From NCBI GenBank assembly GCA_964500775.1, contig CAZCQG010000004.1, forward strand, positions 19,383 to 83,382: DNA of 64,000 nucleotides, written 5' to 3'. This document shows, in pieces, positions 37,706-46,573 of this stretch. The notes under the pieces were generated by a model. That model saw only the letters and a program-made list of their open reading frames with translations. It did no database searches and had not been told where the DNA came from. Each line of letters opens with the position of its first letter. Position 1 is the first letter of the stretch. This DNA is from an uncultured Campylobacterales bacterium (GTDB taxonomy: Bacteria > Campylobacterota > Campylobacteria > Campylobacterales > CAZCQG01). A program made the position numbers and the translations under genes.

Positions 37706-39469
37706 TTGAAATTTACACAATTAAGCGCGGTACGATCATACGATTTGCTCCTCTTTTTTATTTTCGGCTCAGTCACTTTTTTTCTCCTTTTTGCGGCATA
37801 TCTTCTTAATAGCCACTACGATTCCAAGTACTACACGGCACAACGAGATTCGTTTTTTACTACGATTTCCCAAAACTACAAAGAGGCATTTAAACAAATC
37901 ATCCCTATGGGTAAATACCAACTTAGAGATTATCTTAGAAAAAATGTAAACGATAATAGAATCATCAAAGAGATGGTGCTGCTAACAACCGACGGTACGA
38001 TTATGGCGCATTCCGATAGTGCGCTAAACGGTAAAAAAGCCGATGCGGCGCTACTAAGCATAATCCATGACACTTTACTTTTTGATTCTATCTCCAAAGA
38101 GTATATTCTCTATAAAACGCCCTCTTCTTCTCTAGTCAAAATTGCCACCGAGGTTGTCTCCGGCAGAGAGCAGCAGTTGCGCTACATACTCTATTTTACC
38201 ATCGAAGACGAGACGTACAATCAAATCTATCGCAAAAGTAGGATAACCATAGGCGTTATGATTTTTTTATTGGTGTTTTTTTCCCTCGGAATCATTTGGA
38301 GCATATCGCATAGATTCTCCCCTTTGTCAAAAAGTCTCGCAAAAAAATACGAATCGTTTCTCCAATACGCACCTATTATGTTATTTCTTCAAGATAAAGA
38401 AGGGAAGATACTAGAGGCATCAAAAAGTTTCTATAAAGAATTTGACAGCTGTAGCGTATGCTCATTCTACTCGCTTATGACCTCAAAAAACGACGAAATA
38501 AAAATGCGGGCACTCGACAAACAAATCCTGCTCAACAAAGAGGGGCGGGAATCCTATGTCGCAATAAGTACAAAAAAGGGTAAGAAAAATCTCCGTTTGT
38601 ATAAATTTCCGATGTTTGATGAAAAGAAAGAGGTGATGCTTTGCGGTATGCTACTTGATATTAGCGAGCTTGAATCCCTAGAAAATGCATTGAGGCAAAA
38701 AAGTAGCGAACTAGAAATCATCAATAAAAAACTTCAAGAAGAGATAACCTATGAAATCGAACTCAATAAAAAGAAAGCGCTTATCCTCCTAGAAACTACC
38801 AAAAAAAATAAGCTTGCACTCCATGTGAAAAAATTTACCCAAAGTTGGAGGCAGCCGCTCAATAACATATATCTGCTCATTTCATCGATACTAGACACAA
38901 AAGAGTTTTCAAAAAAATATCTCGGAAGCACCCTGAAAAAATGTGAGTTAGAGCTTGAACGTTTGTCCCGTTCGGTATTGGGCTTTGATTCTATATTCGG
39001 AAAGGCTTCACAACCGGAGAAGTTTATCGTGCAAGAGGTACTTGATTTGGCACACAATTTCGTAAAATACGATCTCCGCACCAAAAACATCTCTATAAGA
39101 ATCCAAAGCGGCGGTAGAATATCTCTCTTGTTAGATAAAAACTACCTTACCGAATTGTTTATATTAATCATTGCACTTATCATTGACCTCAAACATAAAG
39201 ACCTCAAAGAACAAACAGAGGTAAAAATTCGTGTAAAAAAGGTATTGAAAAGTAAATTAGTAATACAATTTATATTTCGTTTACTAGATATTGATTATTT
39301 TGACCTATTGCGCTATCATAGCGGTGAGCTTGATGTCGTAAGCCCAGGGGCAAATCAGTACATCTATTTGATACAAAAGACTTTGAGCGGTAGGTACGGC
39401 GGTGAATTTTTTGCCTCTACCGAGAATGAAAATATGGTTTTAAGTTTGGAGGTAGCGCTTGAGCAGTAA
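37706..39469 (+). CDS. Membrane sensor histidine-kinase-like protein with degenerate catalytic motifs
   Basis: 587 aa with two TM segments flanking a periplasmic region, a PAS-like middle and a coiled coil. The H-box-like segment is FTQSWRQPLNNI, with Gln379 where related kinases carry the phospho-His (HQWRQPL). I see no DxGxG or GxGLG boxes in the C-terminal 150 aa. Confidence 0.5.
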   Translation: MKFTQLSAVRSYDLLLFFIFGSVTFFLLFAAYLLNSHYDSKYYTAQRDSFFTTISQNYKEAFKQIIPMGKYQLRDYLRKNVNDNRIIKEMVLLTTDGTIMAHSDSALNGKKADAALLSIIHDTLLFDSISKEYILYKTPSSSLVKIATEVVSGREQQLRYILYFTIEDETYNQIYRKSRITIGVMIFLLVFFSLGIIWSISHRFSPLSKSLAKKYESFLQYAPIMLFLQDKEGKILEASKSFYKEFDSCSVCSFYSLMTSKNDEIKMRALDKQILLNKEGRESYVAISTKKGKKNLRLYKFPMFDEKKEVMLCGMLLDISELESLENALRQKSSELEIINKKLQEEITYEIELNKKKALILLETTKKNKLALHVKKFTQSWRQPLNNIYLLISSILDTKEFSKKYLGSTLKKCELELERLSRSVLGFDSIFGKASQPEKFIVQEVLDLAHNFVKYDLRTKNISIRIQSGGRISLLLDKNYLTELFILIIALIIDLKHKDLKEQTEVKIRVKKVLKSKLVIQFIFRLLDIDYFDLLRYHSGELDVVSPGANQYIYLIQKTLSGRYGGEFFASTENENMVLSLEVALEQ

Positions 39470-39851
39470 GTTTCCCGATGAGGATTTGAAGCTATTACAA
39501 AACATCAATGTACTCTACGTAGAGGACGATGATCTTACAAGAGAAGCTTTTTCGAGTATTTTATCTCGATTTGTGTCCACGCTTTACACCGCCGAAAACG
39601 GTGAAGTCGGATTAAATAAATTTAAAGAGACGAATCCCGACATCGTCATCACCGACCTTGAGATGCCTAAGATGAACGGTATAGAGATGATTCATAAAAT
39701 CCGCGAAGTATCCCCCAAAAAAACCATCATAGTGATAACCGCTTTTAAAGACGAGGCGCATAAGGCCGAAGATGCCGATCTCGTATTGGTCAAGCCCGTA
39801 AAAAGAGACTTTCTACTTGATGCGCTGATTAACGAGGCGAAGAAACTCTAA
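39459..39851 (+). CDS. Stand-alone response-regulator receiver (CheY-like)
   Basis: 130 aa. The acidic pocket YVEDDD, phospho-acceptor ITDLEMPKMNG, then T (VITAF) and K (VKPV) are all present. TTG start with a GGAGG RBS, overlapping the upstream gene by 11 nt. Confidence 0.85.
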   Translation: MSSKFPDEDLKLLQNINVLYVEDDDLTREAFSSILSRFVSTLYTAENGEVGLNKFKETNPDIVITDLEMPKMNGIEMIHKIREVSPKKTIIVITAFKDEAHKAEDADLVLVKPVKRDFLLDALINEAKKL

Positions 39852-39858
39852 AGCCTCG

Positions 39859-40509
39859 TTATTCGCATTTCAAAACAAAATCTCCCCGCACATTTACGCT
39901 TTTTTTTGGTTCGATAGGGATTTGCGTAGGCGAAGCTACCTTGAGAGTTATCTCCGCACTCGTATCATATGCTCTATAAGGGATGTTTATTTCTTGTGAA
40001 TAGAGTCTAATATTCTTATGCTCGCATTTGAAACCAAACTCGTTTTCTAGCTCTTTAGCATACTGTACACTCTTTTTTATCACCGTCTTTTCGAGAGCTT
40101 CTACCTCTTTTTTATAGTCGACATCGGGGATAAAAGGTTTTATAGGGAGGATTCTTATCTTAAATACCTCTTTGTCAAGTGCGCTTTCCATCGTCTCCAC
40201 CGCATCATCAAACGTATCAGCCGTTTCAAATTTACAATCAAACTCTATTCTCCCCAAATACCCGATAAACTCTCTTTCTCCTTTGTCGTATTTATAATTT
40301 GGGTAGAGCGAATATTCACCGCCCGCACAAACGCTCTGCTGCGCTTTGAGTTTTTCTAGCAGCGAATCAAACCCTTTTTTTATAAATTCGAAACTTTTTT
40401 CGTTTGCCTCTATGACTATTTTCGACTCGAATGATTTCGCCGTAATTTCGCCGCTAACTTCTCTTGAGTACTCTATCTCCGTTGCCCAAACAAAAGTACC
40501 GAATGCCAA
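39859..40509 (-). CDS. Periplasmic protein, tentatively SIMPL/DUF541-like
   Basis: 216-aa ORF from the first canonical start (TTG 40509). The in-frame upstream codons encode the rest of a signal peptide (see findings). The family call rests on overall pattern only. Confidence 0.4.
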   Translation of the reverse strand: MAFGTFVWATEIEYSREVSGEITAKSFESKIVIEANEKSFEFIKKGFDSLLEKLKAQQSVCAGGEYSLYPNYKYDKGEREFIGYLGRIEFDCKFETADTFDDAVETMESALDKEVFKIRILPIKPFIPDVDYKKEVEALEKTVIKKSVQYAKELENEFGFKCEHKNIRLYSQEINIPYRAYDTSAEITLKVASPTQIPIEPKKSVNVRGDFVLKCE

Positions 40510-40537
40510 AAGGATTGTAATTATTTTTCTTATCGCA

Positions 40538-41809
40538 TCACCCTCTAAATTTGGATATTGTCATACCGACGAGCGATATAACGTCTTCGTATCGCTTTTT
40601 ACTCTCTAAAAAATTCGCTTTCACTTGTTCGCTTTTTGGTTTCTCTTTTTCATAGACGCGTTGCGTCGCTTCTAATTCTTTGGTACTGTTTAGAAGCTTT
40701 ATCTTTAGTCTCTCCACTTCCCCTTCTAGGCGCTTTCTATTTTTAAACAATGTGTCTTCTTCAACACTCAACTGTTTAATTCTGTTTGAAATGGGCTCTA
40801 TTTCATCGTTTGATGCTTTTTTTGTCTTTAATTCAATAAGCTTACTCTTGAGTTCCTTTAGCTCCGTAAGAGAGCTGTCGGCTTTCTCTTTTGCTTCCGT
40901 CAACTCCCCTTCGCTACTTGCTATCTCTTTTTTTAATCGCTCTATTTCGCTAGAGATTTCGGCTATTTGATGTTCAAATCCTTTGAGCTTCTGTGTAAAA
41001 AATTTGAAAGATTCTGCAGCTTTTTTATAGGTCATTCCGAGCTGTAAAATTATTACTTTATTTATTCTTGTTCCCTTTGGATCGACAAAGTAGGGCTTTT
41101 GCAATTTTGAGCCATCAGGTTTAGATATGGTGTCTCCATTGTAAAAATCTATAAAATCGCTTGCTTGTTTATTGCCGCTCATCATAAGATTTACATATTT
41201 ATCGGCTATGATATTCAGGGATTGGTCAAAAAATTTTCTAAAAATAAAATTGACAAGCCCCTCTATAACAAACTTCTCCTCGTTCGTGGCGGCACTTAGA
41301 AAATTTCCGATTCTTGTTTGAAAAACCTTTACAAACAGGGGGGTGAAAGTAAAATTGTTCACTTTTTCAATATTGAGTTCCGCATTGAGTGCTTCGAGGG
41401 CAATCTTTTTTATCTCTTCTTGGAAGTTAATCTTTTTTGCGAGTTTCGCGTATATGTTTTCCAATTCTTCCGGAGGAAGTCCGTTAAAACGCTTTTCAAT
41501 GCCGCCGGAGGAAGAATCTTGCGATTGATTTACCACGTCGTGATTAAAAATACGCACTACTAGCTTATCGCCCATAGCGACCACCACGTCTCTATCGTGC
41601 AAATCAAGCGCATTCCGCAAAGCACATTTAAGTGCTTCGTTGGCATCCTTTTTGTCGATTTCGTTTTCACATTTTGCTAAAATAGCATCTTTTAATTTCG
41701 GCGGTATTACAATGAGATCTTCGCGCTGTTTTGAGCCAAGGATAGTCTCCTTGATTTTCAGAACGATTTGCGTCATTTTTTTACACATCTGAGCGCGAGC
41801 GTCGACCAT
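40538..41809 (-). CDS. Hypothetical protein: about 290-aa globular N-terminal region plus about 130-aa C-terminal coiled coil
   Basis: 423-aa ORF. The C-terminal third is heptad-rich and E/K-rich (EISSEIERLKKEIASSEGELTEAKEKADSSLTELKELKSKLIELK...). No enzymatic motif recognised. Confidence 0.6.
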   Translation of the reverse strand: MVDARAQMCKKMTQIVLKIKETILGSKQREDLIVIPPKLKDAILAKCENEIDKKDANEALKCALRNALDLHDRDVVVAMGDKLVVRIFNHDVVNQSQDSSSGGIEKRFNGLPPEELENIYAKLAKKINFQEEIKKIALEALNAELNIEKVNNFTFTPLFVKVFQTRIGNFLSAATNEEKFVIEGLVNFIFRKFFDQSLNIIADKYVNLMMSGNKQASDFIDFYNGDTISKPDGSKLQKPYFVDPKGTRINKVIILQLGMTYKKAAESFKFFTQKLKGFEHQIAEISSEIERLKKEIASSEGELTEAKEKADSSLTELKELKSKLIELKTKKASNDEIEPISNRIKQLSVEEDTLFKNRKRLEGEVERLKIKLLNSTKELEATQRVYEKEKPKSEQVKANFLESKKRYEDVISLVGMTISKFRG

Positions 41810-41911
41810 TGTCTATAAACCTTTTTTACTTTTATTAAATAATATGTTAACAAATTATCCATTCATCTAAGATTGTAAAAATTTTCCGCTCATATTTTTT
41901 ATGGAGTTTTT

Positions 41912-42967
41912 ATGCTTGTACATATTTGCTGTAGCGTCGATAGCCACTACTTTCTTACAAAGCTGCGTGAGTGCTATCCGAATGAAAAGATTATCGGGTA
42001 CTTCTATAATCCCAATATCCATCCGCAAAGCGAATACGATTTACGTCTATATGATGTAAAAATAAGTTGTGAATCTTTGAATATACCTCTTATCGTTGAA
42101 GAGTACGCATTGGAATCTTGGATGGATGCGACACGCGAGCTCCAAGAATCTCCCGAAAAAGGGGAGCGTTGCAATGTTTGTTTTACCCATAGGCTTGAGA
42201 AAACCGCGCAAAAAGCGCTCACCCTTGGAATCTCTTCGATAACAACGACTTTACTTATGAGCCCAAAGAAATCGATAGAAAAATTACAAACCATCGGAGA
42301 AACGATCGCAACAAAATATAATCTTGATTTTTTTAGCGACGATTTTAGGAGCGACGGCGGGACGAGCAGACAGTTTGCCGCGGCAAAGGAGCTACGCCTC
42401 TACCAACAAAATTATTGCGGCTGTTTTTTTGCGCTAGGACAACAAAATAGAAATCGTGAATTTCACGTCGAGCTATTCTCGCCTCTCAATAAATCTTACT
42501 CTCCTACCGCCTCACAAAATAAGCTTCCGCTATTTCAACAAAGGGATACACAAAATGCAACTTTACTGAAAAGCACCGCACTTGATTATTGTGTCAAGAA
42601 GTTTATTTTTAAAAAAGAAAATATCCCTACAAAAGCGCATCTTCTCCCTTATTCAATGACGAATTTAAAAATGATTTCCGGAAAAATTGCGGCAGAGAAA
42701 AATAATATTTTCTATCTTGAAAAAGGCGGTGTTATCATTATCTCATTAGCTACTTACAACACTTTTTCGCCAAAAAAATTTTCCTCCGTAGATTCGCTTC
42801 TATCAGAATCTAACACTTTTGAAACAGAGGTACAAATCCGTACCCGAATTGACGGAAATTACTCTTTTAACCCCATAGTGATTCTCGACACCGTTTCTTT
42901 AGATGCAAAATATACCGTTGAACTAGAATCCTCCATACAACTCGGTACGACGCATAGGGTCTTGTAA
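41912..42967 (+). CDS. queH: Epoxyqueuosine reductase QueH (DUF208) with about 170-aa C-terminal extension
   Basis: The N-terminal 178 aa carry the HICCSVDS, RCNVCF and YCGC cysteine motifs characteristic of DUF208/QueH. The C-terminal half is unassigned. Confidence 0.7.
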   Translation: MLVHICCSVDSHYFLTKLRECYPNEKIIGYFYNPNIHPQSEYDLRLYDVKISCESLNIPLIVEEYALESWMDATRELQESPEKGERCNVCFTHRLEKTAQKALTLGISSITTTLLMSPKKSIEKLQTIGETIATKYNLDFFSDDFRSDGGTSRQFAAAKELRLYQQNYCGCFFALGQQNRNREFHVELFSPLNKSYSPTASQNKLPLFQQRDTQNATLLKSTALDYCVKKFIFKKENIPTKAHLLPYSMTNLKMISGKIAAEKNNIFYLEKGGVIIISLATYNTFSPKKFSSVDSLLSESNTFETEVQIRTRIDGNYSFNPIVILDTVSLDAKYTVELESSIQLGTTHRVL

Positions 42968-43007
42968 ACCTATTTTTGGTAAAATCGCGACATCAAGGAG
43001 TAAGAAA

Positions 43008-43457
43008 ATGTTTGACGTAACGAGAATCAAAGAAATATTACCGCATAGATTCCCATTCCTCCTCGTGGATAGGGTAACTAGCATCAATCTCAACAACGAT
43101 ATAGAAGCTTTTAAAAACGTGACGATTAACGAGCAACTGTTTGAAGGGCACTTTCCCGTCCAGCCTATATACCCCGGAGTAATGATCATCGAAGGTCTCG
43201 CGCAAGCGGGAGGTGTTTTGGCATTTCTTAGTATGTACGGAGAAGAGGCAAAAAACAACGGTGATAAGATCGTCTATTTTATGGGTATCGACAATGCGAA
43301 ATTTAGAAGCCCCGTAGTGCCGGGAGATAGACTGGTCTACAAACTCAACGTACTGAAGACAAAAGGGAAGGTTTGGGTTTTAGAGGGGAAAGCATACGTC
43401 GAGGGAAAACTCGTAGCAGAAGCCGAACTCAAAGCGATGATGGCGGATAAAGAATAA
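43008..43457 (+). CDS. fabZ: 3-hydroxyacyl-ACP dehydratase FabZ
   Basis: 149 aa. LPHRFPFLLVDR and GHFPVQPIYPGVMIIEG. Confidence 0.95.
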   Translation: MFDVTRIKEILPHRFPFLLVDRVTSINLNNDIEAFKNVTINEQLFEGHFPVQPIYPGVMIIEGLAQAGGVLAFLSMYGEEAKNNGDKIVYFMGIDNAKFRSPVVPGDRLVYKLNVLKTKGKVWVLEGKAYVEGKLVAEAELKAMMADKE

Positions 43458-43474
43458 ATTAAAGAGACAAAACT

Positions 43475-44269
43475 ATGTGCAAAATAGCAAAAACGGCAAT
43501 CATCGGAAAAGAGGTCGAGCTAGGAGAAAACATCGAAATAGGTGATTTTTGCGTCTTAGAGGGCAATATCAAAATAGGCAATGGCACAAAAATTGCTAAT
43601 AGCACGGTAGTTAGCGGCAAGGTTACTATCGGCGAAAACAATAAAATCTATTCGTTCGTCACTCTGGGCTCACATCCGCAGAGTATTTCTTACAAGGGTG
43701 AAGAGGTAGAACTCATCATCGGCAACGGCAATACGATACGAGAATACGCGATGTACAATCCCGGCACCCCGGGACACGGCGGCAAAACCGTAATAGGAGA
43801 TAACAACTTTTTGATGGCATATACCCACATAGCGCACGACTGTATAGTCGGCAACAACAATATATTTGCCAACGGTGCGACGCTCGCGGGTCACGTAGAA
43901 ATAGGAAATAATATCAATATCGGCGGACTTACCCCGATACATCAGTTTGCTAAAGTGGGTGATTTTTGTATGATCGCGGGTGGTTCTGCACTATCGCAAG
44001 ATATTCCGCCCTATTGCATCGCCGAAGGGAATCGCGCCAAGATTCGCGGACTCAATAAGTATGCTTTGCGAAAAAATTTTACAAGAGAACAAGTTGATGA
44101 GATAGCACATGTTTTCAAGGTAATGTTTCGAGGTGTTATGCCGCTTAAAGATCAAGCAGCACTTTTAATGGAGGAGTACCGAGGTATCGCTCACATTGAA
44201 AAATTTTGCGATTTTATACTAAATTCAAAAAGAGGCATACCCTTTTCGAGGAATAGCGATGAATACTAG
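43475..44269 (+). CDS. lpxA: Acyl-ACP--UDP-GlcNAc O-acyltransferase LpxA
   Basis: 264 aa. Hexapeptide-repeat beta-helix plus the C-terminal helical domain, in fabZ-lpxA order. Confidence 0.9.
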   Translation: MCKIAKTAIIGKEVELGENIEIGDFCVLEGNIKIGNGTKIANSTVVSGKVTIGENNKIYSFVTLGSHPQSISYKGEEVELIIGNGNTIREYAMYNPGTPGHGGKTVIGDNNFLMAYTHIAHDCIVGNNNIFANGATLAGHVEIGNNINIGGLTPIHQFAKVGDFCMIAGGSALSQDIPPYCIAEGNRAKIRGLNKYALRKNFTREQVDEIAHVFKVMFRGVMPLKDQAALLMEEYRGIAHIEKFCDFILNSKRGIPFSRNSDEY

Positions 44270-45488
44270 AAGTTGCAGTTTTTGCAAAGCCAAAGAATCT
44301 CCTACAAACCCGCTTATTGCAGGGAATAACGTCTATATCTGCAAAAATTGCGTCATAAGCGCCCATAAAATTTTATTCGGAGAGGGCGAATCTGAAGAGA
44401 GCTTCGATCTCGAAAAAGGGCTTCCTACGCCAAAAGAGCTAAAATCTGCCCTTGATGATTATGTCATCGGACAAGACAGAGCCAAAAAAATATTCTCCGT
44501 CGCCGTCTACAACCACTACAAAAGAATCTTCAAACAAAGCAAAGAAGACGAGGACGATACTGAAATAGCGAAATCAAACGTCCTTTTTATAGGACCTACC
44601 GGTAGCGGCAAAACGCTTATGGCGCAGACGTTGGCGAGATTCCTCGATGTCCCTATCGCCATAGCCGATGCCACAAGTTTAACTGAAGCGGGCTACGTGG
44701 GCGAAGATGTGGAAAATATCCTTACTCGACTTATCCAAGCTGCTGACGGTGACATCAAAAAAGCCGAGAAAGGGATAGTCTTTATAGATGAAATAGACAA
44801 AATCTCTAGAATGTCGGAAAACCGCTCTATCACAAGAGACGTATCGGGTGAAGGGGTGCAACAAGCGCTTCTCAAAATCATTGAGGGAAGTATCGTAAAC
44901 GTCCCGCCTAAAGGGGGGAGAAAACATCCTAATCAGGAGTTTTTACAAATCGACACTAGTCATATCCTCTTTGTATGCGGCGGTGCGTTTGATGGATTGA
45001 CGGAGATTATCAAAAGAAGGCTCGGCGGGAATGTACTTGGTTTTACAAGCGATAAAAAAAGTAAAAAAGATGAAGAAAATATACTTGCTTTCGTCGAACC
45101 CGATGATTTGGTGAGTTATGGACTCATCCCTGAACTCATCGGTCGTCTCCACGTTACTACGACACTGGAGAATATCTCTAAAGAAGATATGATTCATATC
45201 CTCACCAAACCAAAAAACTCGCTCATCAAACAATATAAAAAAATATTTACGATCGATAATGCGAATCTCATCTTTGAAGAAGAGGCTTTGGAAGCAGTAG
45301 CAGAACTCGCCATAAAAAGAAAGACGGGCGCGAGAGGACTACGCTCTATCTTAGAAGAGGTGACGAGCGATACGATGTTTGAGCTTCCGGAGCTTTCGGG
45401 GTACGACGTAATAGTCACAAAAGATACGGTAATAAAGAAAGAGAAGCCTTTGTTAGTAAAGTCTAATAACGCAAAAAAAAGTGCATAA
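44259..45488 (+). CDS. clpX: ATP-dependent Clp protease ATP-binding subunit ClpX
   Basis: 409 aa. N-terminal Zn finger CSFC...CKNC, Walker A GPTGSGKT, Walker B VFIDEIDK and a pore loop GYVG. Confidence 0.95.
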   Translation: MNTRSCSFCKAKESPTNPLIAGNNVYICKNCVISAHKILFGEGESEESFDLEKGLPTPKELKSALDDYVIGQDRAKKIFSVAVYNHYKRIFKQSKEDEDDTEIAKSNVLFIGPTGSGKTLMAQTLARFLDVPIAIADATSLTEAGYVGEDVENILTRLIQAADGDIKKAEKGIVFIDEIDKISRMSENRSITRDVSGEGVQQALLKIIEGSIVNVPPKGGRKHPNQEFLQIDTSHILFVCGGAFDGLTEIIKRRLGGNVLGFTSDKKSKKDEENILAFVEPDDLVSYGLIPELIGRLHVTTTLENISKEDMIHILTKPKNSLIKQYKKIFTIDNANLIFEEEALEAVAELAIKRKTGARGLRSILEEVTSDTMFELPELSGYDVIVTKDTVIKKEKPLLVKSNNAKKSA

Positions 45489-45505
45489 ATTAAAAAGGGT
45501 GGTGG

Positions 45506-46540
45506 ATGCTTTTAGATAAGATAATCGGTGTTTTTTCACACGATATAGCGATAGATTTGGGTACGGCAAACACGTTGGTACTGATAAAAGGGAAGGGTAT
45601 TATTATAAACGAACCTTCCGTAGTGGCGGTACAAAACGATAAGTACGGCAAGAATAAGATTCTAGCCGTGGGCAAAGAGGCAAAAGAGATGGTGGGCAAA
45701 ACCCCGGGCAATATCCAAGCGGTGCGCCCTATGAAAGACGGCGTAATCGCCGACTTTGATATGACCGAAAAGATGATTCGCTACTTCATAGAAAAAGCGC
45801 ACAAAAGAAAAGCGTTTATCAGACCAAGAATCATCGTCTGCGTCCCCTACGGTCTCACGGGTGTGGAAAGAAAAGCGGTCAAGGAATCCGCACTCCTCGC
45901 GGGTGCACGTGAGGTATTCCTTATCGAAGAACCTATGGCTGCGGCTATCGGGGCGGGACTACCTATACGAGACCCTAAGGGGAGCCTCGTAGTAGACATC
46001 GGCGGCGGAACTACGGAAATAGGCGTTGTCTCACTCGGTGGATTAGTCATCAGTAAATCTATCAGGGTTGCGGGAGATAAGATAGATTCTGCAGTGGTAG
46101 ATTACGTCAAGAAAAAATACAACCTTTTGATAGGCGATCGAACGGGCGAAGAGATAAAAATAAGTATCGGTTCTGCCGTAGCATTGGAAGAGCCGCTCAA
46201 AATGCTCGTCAAAGGGCGCGATCAAGTAAGCGGGCTATTAAACACTATCGAACTTACCAGTGAAGACGTGAGAGAAGCCATGAAAGAGCCATTGAAAGAT
46301 ATGAGCGATTCATTAAAAATCGTTCTTGAAAAGATGCCGCCTGATCTCGCCGGAGACATCGTAGAAAACGGTATTATCTTAACCGGCGGGGGTGCACTCA
46401 TTAGAGGGCTAGACAAATATCTTAGCGACATCGTCAAGCTCCCCGTTTACGTTGCCGACGAACCGCTATTGGCTGTAGCAAAAGGGACGGGTAAAGCACT
46501 AGAAGAGATAGACCTACTTCAGTCTCTCGCCGGAGAGTAA
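45506..46540 (+). CDS. mreB: Rod-shape determining protein MreB
   Basis: 344 aa. DLGTANT, VVDIGGGTTE and LTGGGALIRGLD actin-fold motifs. Confidence 0.95.
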   Translation: MLLDKIIGVFSHDIAIDLGTANTLVLIKGKGIIINEPSVVAVQNDKYGKNKILAVGKEAKEMVGKTPGNIQAVRPMKDGVIADFDMTEKMIRYFIEKAHKRKAFIRPRIIVCVPYGLTGVERKAVKESALLAGAREVFLIEEPMAAAIGAGLPIRDPKGSLVVDIGGGTTEIGVVSLGGLVISKSIRVAGDKIDSAVVDYVKKKYNLLIGDRTGEEIKISIGSAVALEEPLKMLVKGRDQVSGLLNTIELTSEDVREAMKEPLKDMSDSLKIVLEKMPPDLAGDIVENGIILTGGGALIRGLDKYLSDIVKLPVYVADEPLLAVAKGTGKALEEIDLLQSLAGE

Positions 46541-46544
46541 GCAC

Positions 46545-46573
46545 GGACATTAGAGACTTACAGTCTCGCGTCC
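46545..46573. terminator. Possible bidirectional hairpin between convergent mreB and the sugar dehydrogenase gene
   Basis: GGAC..GAGACT tac AGTCTC..GTCC forms 6-bp plus 4-bp stems with an internal loop. It overlaps the last codons of the minus-strand gene and has no clear U-tract. Confidence 0.25.
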
